Assembly: GCF_001194135.2 (NCBI RefSeq)
Contig: NC_068988.1
Span: forward strand, 3,495,245 to 3,559,244
Length of the DNA stretch: 64,000 nt
Direction of reading: 5' to 3'
Source of the DNA: Octopus bimaculoides
Lineage: Eukaryota
The position numbers and the translations under genes were made by a program. The notes beneath the pieces were generated by a model. It had not been told where the DNA came from and did no database searches. It worked only from the letters and a program-made list of their open reading frames with translations. Of this stretch, positions 40,119 through 50,310 are shown one piece after another (the first letter of the stretch is position 1; each line of letters starts with the position of its first letter).

Positions 40119-41074
40119 NNNNNNNNNNNNNNNNNNNNNNNNNNNNNNNNNNNNNNNNNNNNNNNNNNNNNNNNNNNNNNNNNNNNNNNNNNNNNNNNNN
40201 NNNNNNNNNNNNNNNNNNNNNNNNNNNNNNNNNNNNNNNNNNNNNNNNNNNNNNNNNNNNNNNNNNNNNNNNNNNNNNNNNNNNNNNNNNNNNNNNNNNN
40301 NNNNNNNNNNNNNNNNNNNNNNNNNNNNNNNNNNNNNNNNNNNNNNNNNNNNNNNNNNNNNNNNNNNNNNNNNNNNNNNNNNNNNNNNNNNNNNNNNNNN
40401 NNNNNNNNNNNNNNNNNNNNNNNNNNNNNNNNNNNNNNNNNNNNNNNNNNNNNNNNNNNNNNNNNNNNNNNNNNNNNNNNNNNNNNNNNNNNNNNNNNNN
40501 NNNNNNNNNNNNNNNNNNNNNNNNNNNNNNNNNNNNNNNNNNNNNNNNNNNNNNNNNNNNNNNNNNNNNNNNNNNNNNNNNNNNNNNNNNNNNNNNNNNN
40601 NNNNNNNNNNNNNNNNNNNNNNNNNNNNNNNNNNNNNNNNNNNNNNNNNNNNNNNNNNNNNNNNNNNNNNNNNNNNNNNNNNNNNNNNNNNNNNNNNNNN
40701 NNNNNNNNNNNNNNNNNNNNNNNNNNNNNNNNNNNNNNNNNNNNNNNNNNNNNNNNNNNNNNNNNNNNNNNNGCATTGTGCATGTGTGTGTATATATACA
40801 CATACATACACACCATGAGCAATGGAATCCAAAAGAAAAAAGACAATGGGACGGTCATGTTTTAAATATATTCCACAAAAGTTTAATACTTAAAAGGGAA
40901 GGAAAATAACCTTAATATTTTGGACGCTAGTCCTGAATCAGAAGTAAAAATATACAAGAAAGGGAAAAGATTGTGAAAGACGAAAAGTGGTTCAAGAGAG
41001 AAAGAAATATCAGGCAGAGTAACAAGTAAGCAACGTTTTGAAACATGAAATTCATCACAATGTATTTCAACAAT

Positions 41075-41400
41075 GCAGAAATTTCATCAAAGTAAGCATC
41101 ATCACAACCAATACAAGTTTGTTTATTCCGGTAAAACAAATATCTTCAACATTGGTTTGATTTTTAAAAATCTTTCAACATCGGTTTGATTTTTAAACTT
41201 CTTCTCTCACAGGAAACCATCAAGGTGCTTGAAAAAGTGATAGTCGGTAGGAGAAAGGCCTGGGGAATAAGCTGGGTAGGGAAGAACATAATTTCAGATG
41301 ATTGTAACAACGGTGGAAAAAAAAAATCAATGCTAATTTGTAGATGCACTTGGGCAGGTCTATGTCTGCATTATCAGACACTTGCAAAAAAATGTTTAAA
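41075..41400 (-). mobile_element. mariner transposase 3' fragment
   Basis: Minus-strand translation gives YVLPYPAYSPGLSPTDYHFFKHLDGFL*EKKFKNQTDVE, then GINKLV and CDDAYFDE, matching the mariner YSPDLxPxD motif and C-terminus. Confidence 0.8.
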
Positions 41401-41442
41401 AAATTCGAAACTCTGCAAAAATCTGGTACAAATTATTCATGG

Positions 41443-42340
41443 CAAGCTCACAAGGAATGAAGCCAGAATGCTCTGATGGATGTGTAATGTCAGTGTGCAT
41501 ACTAGACAGAGTGTAAGTACCTTGAGAGAAAAGTTGGACCTAAGAAGCATTATATGTGGTGTGCAACAGAGACAACTGCGCTGGTATGGTCATTTGGCAA
41601 GAATGGATGAGGATAGCTGTGTGAAAAAGTGCCACACCTTAGCGGTTGAGGGAACCTGTGGAAGAGGTAGACCCAGGAAAACCTGGTATAAGGTGGTGAA
41701 GCACGACCTTCAAACATTAGGCCTCACCGAGGCAATGACTAGTGACTGAGACCTTTGGAAATATGCTGTGCATGAGAAGACCCAGCAAGCCAAGTGAGAC
41801 CANNNNNNNNNNGAGGCAATGACTAGTGACTGAGACCTTTGGAAATATGCTGTGCATGAGAAGGCCCAGCAAACCAAGTGAGACCATAACCCATGGCCTC
41901 TGCGAGGGGTGTAGCCAGCCAACTTATGCGCACCTTTCCTTCTTTGGAAACTAAACTCTGCTTGCGAAGACCTGTTGAGGCAAGTGAAATCGAAATTGAA
42001 ACAAATTCGATGACTGGCACCCATACAAGTGGAGTGCTAAGAGCACCATCCTAGCAGGATCACTGCCAGAGCAGCTGTCTGGCTTCCATACTGGTGGCAC
42101 GTAAAAAGCACCATTTGAGCATGGCTGTTGTCAGTACTGCCTGACTGGCCCTCGTGCCGGTGGCACATAAAAGCACCCACTACACTCTCAGAGTGGTTGG
42201 CATTAGAAAGGGCATCCAGCTGTAGAAACTTTGCCAGATTAGATTGGAGCCTGGTGCAGCCATCTGGTTTGCTAGTCCTCAGTCAAATCGTCCAACCCAT
42301 GCCAGCATGGAAAGCGGACGCATGATGATGATGATGATGA
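41443..42340 (+). mobile_element. RTE-clade LINE 3' end with 3' UTR and (GAT)n tail
   Basis: RNEARML*WMCNVSVHTRQSVSTLREKLDLRSIICGVQQRQLRWYGHLARMDEDSCVKKCHTLAVEGTCGRGRPRKTW, followed by a UTR ending aacccatgccagcatggaaagcggacg(catgatgat)n. Confidence 0.92.
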
Positions 42341-44334
42341 CATATATGTGAATGTGAGTGTATGTGTGTGTGTAGTTTTATTTATTTTTTCAGTTGTCTG
42401 TTACCAGAGGAGAAAAATAATATGTGTTCATGTAACATAATCTTGAACATTTATATGTGGTAGATGTATATATAGGCCATATTTTCAGACTTCTAGGGTT
42501 AAAGTAATCACAAAGGAGGAAGCCATTAAATACATTGTGAAATTGTGCATAAAAGCCGAAGATTCATTTCTTCAGTTTTTACTTCTAATGAAATGCTAAC
42601 CTGATACTTGATAGTCAATTACCTTGTCTTACATCTATATAATTATTTTAATTGGAATTCAGATGTTAATTTAATTAAACTCCTTGTTAGATACTTTTGC
42701 TTCTCTATCTCATCATCCATTACACTAATTATATTATCATGCTTCCCTCATTATCACTTCTTTACTAATCAGCTTCTGATGTGACTCTACTCTTGGCTCT
42801 ACCATCCACACTACTTCCCACATTAATCCAATACCATCACACAATATTTAACAACTTATTATCTACTTGGTCATATTTTATAAATTATTGCGATTTTAAA
42901 AATAATCCCAAACACCACTTTGGAATATTGAGGTTAGACCTTTCATATCTTGACAACTCCTTACTATCAATTAGTGATTCTATTTCTTCTTATTCGGAGG
43001 TAAATATTTCTCAAGAGAGTTGCAAGGCAGAAGGTCTTCAGAGAAGAACCCTGCTCAAGCTTCAAGTGCTTCAGCCTTTCATATGTTGACAACTCTTTAC
43101 GAACAACTAGTAATTCAATTTCTACTTGGTAATGTTCAATAACTTATTGTATTTCCAACAATATAAGATAATTTCACCAAAGTTCTACAATTCCAGATAT
43201 CACCCTGGAATATTCTGTTCAGACATTTCACATCTTATCAGCATCATACTAGTTTGATTTCTACTTTACATGTTAGCAGTTCAAATACTTACACTGTCTT
43301 TGGATTACTGGTTTAATACATATACCAGGAAGGTTACCATTCCAGCCAAATTGCTTTTTTTCTCTCACTGATTTCCCCCAAATACAAATAAAACAGCTTT
43401 TGATGATTTGCAGTATTTGCACAGAAAACCCCAGTCAAGTCACGTTCATTCATCACATACATCAGACTGATTAAAGTTCCATTATTTCCTCTATTATGGA
43501 CATTTTGCTTCTATTTATTCAATGGATGCCTCTAGAAGCAGTGAAATTTGCACCAAAAGCAGAACAGTGTCAGAAGAAATGTTTTCCAATGAAATAGATG
43601 AATATGCTTCTGCTTTTCTTCCCTCTCTTTTCACTTTTCCCTTGTAAATATGTTTTCCTTTTTTTGTCTCTCATTTTTACTGCAATCGAAGAGCAAGATA
43701 GTGTGTTTTCCTACCTTAATTGGATGTTGATCATATCAGTTTTAGTTGGGTCATTCCCTCAATTGAAACTTGGTAATGTTAAAGTTTTATTTTAAACATC
43801 CTTCATGTTTTATTCGATTTTGCCAAACTTCCTCAAATTGAAACATTATCAGAATGGTTTTAAACGAAGTTCTAATATTATCACCAGCATCTCTTTAAAG
43901 TGGAATAAATTTTCTCTAAATAAACAGAGTAAAAAGATTCAGAGGGTTATTCAAGTAAATGACCAATAATGAGAACAGTGCTGCTGTTGTGTTATATACT
44001 CTTTCAGATTATTCAAAATTATTCTGTACTCTTTGTGTGTTATTGACAGTTCCAAAAGGTATTTGTTAAACTGGGGAAGAAAATAAATGATTATGTTATG
44101 TCAGGCAAGTTTGATTTCCGATTTAAATAATTTATTTTTTTATTGCAGTTATTGGTAATATTGTTATTTATATTATTGTTGATTGAAAAAAAAAGAGTTC
44201 ACATCACACAGTTTATTGTTTTTTCAGACAATTTACTGAGATATATTCAGAAACATTATGACATTTAATTGCATATGTCAGCATATTTTCCCCTTTTAAT
44301 ATTAAGATATATCTTTCTGCCTTTCATTCTTTCA

Positions 44335-44635
44335 TGGTTGATAAAGTAAGTACCAGCTGAATTCTGGGGTCAATGTCATTGGCTCAACCCCTACCCTCAA
44401 AATTGCTGACCTTGTGCCAAAAATTTGAAGCTAATATTGACTTCAAATCTTGGCACAAAACCAGCAATTTTGGGGTAGGGGTAAGTCAATTACATCAATC
44501 CCTGTATTCAACTGGGGTTTACTTTATCAACCATGAAAGGTAAAGTCGATCATAGCAGACTCGGAATGTAAAGATGGACGAAATGGTGCTAAGCATTTCG
44601 CCCAGAATGCTAACGATTCTGTCAGATCACCACCT
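44335..44635. mobile_element. Two SINE copies in opposite orientation
   Basis: A + copy (gataaagtaagtaccagctgaattctggggtc..cttgtgccaaaaatttgaa) abuts a - copy (ttggcacaaaaccagcaattttggggtaggg..ggacgaaatggtgctaagcatttcgccc). Confidence 0.7.
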
Positions 44636-44864
44636 GAAATTTGAAGCAAATTTTAAGACATATATCTTCTTAGCCGAAATATACAATATGTGTGTATGTG
44701 TGTGTTGAAACTACACTCACATGACCCATCCAAGGCATATCTTAATTCATCTAGTGTAAACATTTATTCACTGAGTATGCTCCACAAATAATTTCAAATT
44801 AGTTGGGGCTATAGCTACTATCTATGTGAAATACACATGTACACACACATATACACAGCGATTA

Positions 44865-45020
44865 TGTCTGGATTTATGGTCTGAGTTCAAATTCTACCAA
44901 GGTCAAGTTTGCTTTTCATCTTTTCAGGGTCGATAAAATAAGTACCAGTTGAATACTGGGGTCAATGTAATTTGCTTACAGCCTCCTCCAAAACTGCTGA
45001 CCTTGTGCAAAAATTTGAAA
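44865..45020 (+). mobile_element. SINE
   Basis: ctgagttcaaattctaccaaggtcaagtttgcttttcatcttttcagggtcgataaaataagtaccagttg..cttgtgcaaaaatttgaa. Confidence 0.75.
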
Positions 45021-45519
45021 TGAATATATAATATTACTTCTGTTCTTGTGATTTATGTTGTGTTATGCATAAATAGATATTCTTTTCTACTCTAGGCACA
45101 AGGCCCGAGAGAACAGTCAAGTAGATCGACGCCAGTATGCAACTGGTACTTAATTTATCGACCCTGAAAGGATGAAAGGCAAAGTTAACCTCAGCAAAGT
45201 TTCATGCATCACAGCATCTAAAGGCTAAAGGTATATCTGAATCATCCTATTTATGATTTTGTTTTTCTGTATTCATCTTGCATCTAAGGATGTGTTTATA
45301 CTTACCTGAACAGAAAAGATCTAACTACAAAGGCTGAGGTCTTAGTCATTGAATTTAAAAATCTTAACTTTCTAGCCTGGCCCATGGCTTGGAGTGGAGA
45401 CCCAATCTCTAACTCCACCACGGAATAAGGGTTCTACAAACATAAATTTAGCTTTTAAATTTAGATTAAATTTACATTAAATGCTGAGGTGAGAACTAAA
45501 TTTGACAAAAAAGGAATGA

Positions 45520-45785
45520 GATGCAGTAAGAGAGATGACTGCACTGGTACAGACATATGGTGCCTATGGATGGATAATAGAACAGTAATAAAGCACCAGG
45601 AGATCTAAGTAAAAGGAAATGATGAAAGACTAAGGAATCCATGGACAGAAGTAGTAAAAGCTGATCTCAGGAAGGTGAACCTAGCAATGGAGATGCTAAG
45701 AGAACACAACAAATGGTAAGATTTTGTGTTGGAAAAGACCTGTCCAACTCATGAAAGAATGGAAAAGCAGGCATGAAATGGTGAC
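45520..45785 (+). mobile_element. RTE LINE 3' end, degenerate
   Basis: Reads ..WTEVVKADLRKVNLAMEM..W*DFVLEKTCPTH and ends in a tail like the other RTE copies (atggaaaagcagg). Confidence 0.6.
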
Positions 45786-46469
45786 ATTTGTTTCATACCA
45801 CACAAGTCTTATAGAGAATGGGGTGCACGTTTCATAACCAAATATTTGTTTGTCATTTTCACAAGAGATAAGTGTTGCTGCTATGGAAAGAATTATTCAA
45901 GTTTTATATTGGTTCTACAATCAATATATGGCTAAGTGCTAAGTCTGCCCCACATTACACATTAGCTGAGTGTGCATGTAAAAGAACAGACCACCTGTCT
46001 TATAGAGAGTCTGACATCACTCTTACATAGAGCTTACTGCTAGATTTTTACAGAATGAATGTTCACTGCATTGAATTCCATGCCATTCTTGATAGTGTAA
46101 TCAAGATGATAAAATAATATATTAATATCAATATAATTTCTTAAAGAGACGCACAGTTTCATTACAAGCAAGTTAAATGTAATTACGTGAAATTCACACC
46201 TTAACAACATCTGTGCTACAAGTGAAGTTTGATATCTTTGCCATTATATTACCTGTGTTATATAACATTATGTCAGTGTTGTGTAATTTGTGAGGTACAA
46301 CATTTATTATATTTATTATAAGTGCAGCAGCACAGAACACTGTGTTGTGTTTATTTAGAATATCATATTATAAACATGATAAAGGAAAAACAAAAAGCAA
46401 ACAAACAGAAAGTATATGATATACATCAATGCTTGTTAATAATGGATACACAAACACATAGATATGTAT

Positions 46470-46499
46470 ACATGCATGCATGCATATATATGTGTGTGT

Positions 46500-46537
<38 letters not shown>

Positions 46538-46566
46538 CCATACATATATGTATGTGTATGTATATG

Positions 46567-46613
<47 letters not shown>

Positions 46614-46665
46614 TATATATAATATACATACATACTTTGAGAGAGAGAGAGAGAGAGAGAGAAAG
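46470..46665. repeat. Compound (TA)n/(TG)n/(GA)n microsatellite
   Basis: Direct reading; explains ORFs 46322-46891. Confidence 0.9.
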
Positions 46666-47266
46666 AAAGAAGGGGAGAACAACATATGCAAGTATAGAAA
46701 AAACAAAAAAAAATCTCAGTGCAATAAACAATAAGAGAGGAGTAAATGTGTTTAGACGCAGAGTGTTTTTCATAAAGATAACTGCTTGCATTTATTTACA
46801 TTATTACATGAAGCATCTCACAAATATCAAACAAAATAGAAAGAGAAACTACTTAGACATTATCGTGCTATTTATTGATGAAAGAATATGATACTTGACA
46901 CCACTCTCACTAAATGGCTGTCAGTGACGCTATGTAGAGTAATCTACTGATCACTAGGAAAATAGAGCCACTTCACCACTGATGATAGCAGAAGAATAAT
47001 ACAATTGATAACAATGATGCTATCAAGCTTCAGTCAAAGATGACTTCAGAAGATAATGATGATCGTGGTCAAAGAATCACACGTACTTTTTATATTTAGA
47101 TATCACAATTTGTGAAAAAAATAGCATACTTAGTTAGAGTTTTTCAATAGACCAGTCACCGGATCACTGCACATTTTTATGGCAACTGTGACAAGAGAGT
47201 GTTCACATCTCAGTATATATTCAGGGACTTCATTTTTAAATATCCCCTTTAGGAGTTCTCTTGCTG

Positions 47267-47302
<36 letters not shown>

Positions 47303-47324
47303 GTGTTCATGTGATGCAGATGGA

Positions 47325-47706
47325 TACCGACAGCTCCATAAAGAAGTGCCAATCTCTTGAAGTGGAAGACATGGGATGAAGTACTGAAGAACAACCTCAG
47401 GAAGCTGAACCTTTCAGGTGAAATGACAAAGGAGCGAGATACCTGACACCTGGCTGTACTCAAGAAGACCCGTACTCTGCATCAGAAGTGTTAAGACCGA
47501 TCCTTCTGGTGATGAAAGACACTCATGGCAGTGCCATGTATAAGCACCCAGCACTTTCTGTAAAGTGGTTGGCATTAGGAAGGGCATCCAGCCATAGAAA
47601 CCATGCCAAATCAGACTGGAGCTTGGTGCAGCTCTCCAACTCGCTAGCTCTGGTCAAACCATCCAACCCATGCCACCATGGACAGCAGAGGTATGATGAT
47701 GATGAT
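47325..47706 (+). mobile_element. RTE LINE 3' end and 3' UTR tail
   Basis: MDTDSSIKKCQSLEVE..WDEVLK, then the shared tail ggcattaggaagggcatccagccatagaaac..ccaacccatgcca..(gat)n. Confidence 0.75.
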
Positions 47707-48454
47707 ATCAACAAGAGATAAATGCATGCATACATACATGCACACGTGCTTTCATAGATCAATGAAAAGGAAGCTTGCACTCTTTTACCACAGAATCTAG
47801 CTAGAATTATTCTGCTGAAACTAAAAATATAGCTAAATTTTATATTTACATCATTATTTAGATGCCATCATGATGAACGATCATATAAGCAAGAAACCTA
47901 ACTGTCAGCTAAAGAAATATATTTTAACTTCTTGGAGATTTTAGGTAAAATTATGCTAATGTGTCCATCTCTTTTAATTTAATTAAATTCTATGTCTTTG
48001 TGCAGCTGAGGATTGCTCTGCATTTTAAACTGATGTATTGATTGTATTGTTCAATTAAATGGAGTTGCATGAAATGATCGTACTGCATTACCTCTGGATA
48101 TCCTTGTTGCTTATTTTGATTATATATATANNNNNNNNNNNNNNNNNNNNNNNNNNNNNNNNNNNNNNNNNNNNNNNNNNNNNNNNNNNNNNNNNNNNNN
48201 NNNNNNNNNNNNNNNNNNNNNNNNNNNNNNNNNNNNNNNNNNNNNNNNNNNNNNNNNNNNNNNNNNNNNNNNNNNNNNNNNNNNNNNNNNNNNNNNNNNN
48301 NNNNNNNNNNNNNNNNNNNNNNNNNNNNNNNNNNNNNNNNNNNNNNNNNNNNNNNNNNNNNNNNNNNNNNNNNNNNNNNNNNNNNNNNNNNNNNNNNNNN
48401 NNNNNNNNNNNNNNNNNNNNNNNNNNNNNNNNNNNNNNNNNNNNNNNNNNNNNN

Positions 48455-48818
48455 CAGGGTTATTTCCCTTCGTCGGCGTTCGATAGCTGCTGACCTTGGT
48501 GAGAGAGACAAAAACCTGGCAATCTTATATCTTCTTTTCCAGTGAAATTCTTCACTGATATCGAAAAGGTGAAAACAAGCAATGTTAATTCTCTAAATGA
48601 AGTATTAACAGTAACTGCACGATAAAGTGTAGTATATTGCCACTTAAGTGTGGCTGACCCCTAGGGGTGGATGTTACTGTTGCTTTTAGCCCCAGGAGGA
48701 CATCTCCTCCAGCTGGCTTATCGACACACGACTGTGTCCTGTTTGCCAAGGGAAGTTATCCCTCTCACCACGATCTGCAGCACGAACGGATCCGGATTTC
48801 AGGGTTATTTCCCTTCGT
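48455..48818 (-). ncRNA. Retrozyme-like / Penelope pLTR-like 345-nt unit with a type I hammerhead ribozyme split across its ends
   Basis: A 19-bp direct repeat, cagggttatttcccttcgt, lies at 48455-48473 and 48800-48818 (period 345). Minus strand, read across the junction: CGAACG (stem I 5') - CCGACGA (core) - AGGG AAATAA CCCT (stem II) - GAAA - TCCGGAT C (stem III, AUC triplet) - CGTTCG (stem I 3'). Stem I extends to about 30 bp with few mismatches (48477-48508 vs 48757-48788). Confidence 0.85.
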
Positions 48819-50099
48819 ATATGTACATATATGAGCAATAAGAGACATATAGTTCAAAATCTTTTTGATTTGAAGTAGAAACACTAGAAGTTTATTCTAA
48901 AGGATGATGCAATGGAGCTCTGCAGCTGTTCATCTCAATGTTTAGGGAGATATTTGAGTGTTACATAGCAACGTGTGTGATGTTTATTGAGTTTATTATT
49001 ATAAATTCTGTTGAGGACAGAAAGTTGGCAGAATGGTTAGCATGCTGGACAAAATGCTTTACATTCCGAGTTCAAATACTACCAAGGTTATCTTTGCCTT
49101 TCCTCCATTTCCTGGATCAGTAAAATAAACAGCAGCTGAGTATAAAGACAAAGTTGACTTTGCTAGGATTGGGACACACAACCTGGAGAACTGAAATGTA
49201 GATTGTGAAGCGTTTTAAGTGACATCCTTATGACTTGCTGCCAACGCAACACCACGCAAACATACACATGCACACACACACACACACATCTGAATTTGAT
49301 CTAATTACTTTTGAGAGGAAAAGTTTGAGTCGATAGAAAATCAGTTCCTTTTGTGGATGTTGCTCCAACAATAATGTAGAAGAGAAACCCTCGGTTGTTG
49401 TTATTTACTGTAAATCTTTTAAGAACCATAAAGTTTAGTTGAGACAGTTGTTAGAATTTGACACATTTCCCAACTCTCCTTTATTGGGTTTATTTTCTTC
49501 AGAAATAATATCCAACTGTTTAGGGTGAAGTTTTTATACACATGTGTCTGTTTATCTATTTATCTGATCACTCATTGACTTTGTGGAAATCTTATTAGTT
49601 TTGATCAGAGTTTGTGCTAACATAAGTAGGAGAGCCAAACAAGTGTTTAGTTCTTCCTCATAAGCACATTATAATTTCTAAGTGGTGCCACAGACATGAT
49701 ACAGACTTCATTTAGAATAGAATTTATCCAAAGAATGGTGTGATAAGAAAAAATATATAAGAAGTTGACCATTGCATAAAAAGTTGACAATTATGGCTTT
49801 CTACTCTGGACCTATTTTCACAAAGACCAAAATGAATTTATTTTCAACAGTGTTACATCTAATAAATCAAAGCTGCAGTCACTATTGTTCAATGTAATTA
49901 AATTTATTCATTTTCAGCATCAATTTTTGCAGACAAAATATTATAAAAGACTCAGTGATGGTTTTCATAACTTACAAAGTGGATGTGAAGTTATTGTTTT
50001 ATTTTTGGGGTGCGGTGGAGTGAGGTGGGGGATGAAATCGTGTAGGAGACAGTCTTTGATGGTACTTCTTTTGACAGCTATCTCCTTTCTTAGAACCCA

Positions 50100-50310
50100 C
50101 CGATATATTCTGACAAAAGAAGTCACTACAAGGCATACTGATCTGCTGGAAACAACAGCCAAAGCACTCTCAAATTACATCTTCCTGTCAGTAAGACACA
50201 TACTGAGAAATGTTATTCAATGTACCCCCTAAAAATCCCCAAATAGTCATGACTGAAATATCTTTGATCATAAATCTCTTTTAGAAGGTTTTACTCAAGG
50301 TTAAACAACA
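50100..50310 (+). mobile_element. SINE-like repeat ending (CAA)n
   Basis: gatctgctggaaacaacagccaaagc..tcatgactgaaatatctttgatcataaatc..ggttaaacaacaataac. The same 3' end occurs at ~22290-22385, ~26295-26370, ~31130-31330 and ~58220-58315. Confidence 0.6.

Noticed and set aside
40010-40909. Long ORFs of 250-290 aa
   Set aside because: Artefacts of the N gap and the flanking (CA)n; the same applies to the ORFs at 5294-5689, 28846-29416 and 47990-48511.
42900-43560. Possible LINE endonuclease remnant on the minus strand
   Set aside because: Only a weak NNGT-like match; not callable without a profile search.
44008-44058. Candidate 51-nt phase 1-1 exon, with further acceptor-like sites at ~44149 and ~44227
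   Set aside because: No identifiable product; such signals arise often in AT-rich introns.
49885-50232. 115-aa ORF
   Set aside because: Its 3' half overlaps the SINE-like repeat at 50100-50310, and there are no domain-like features.
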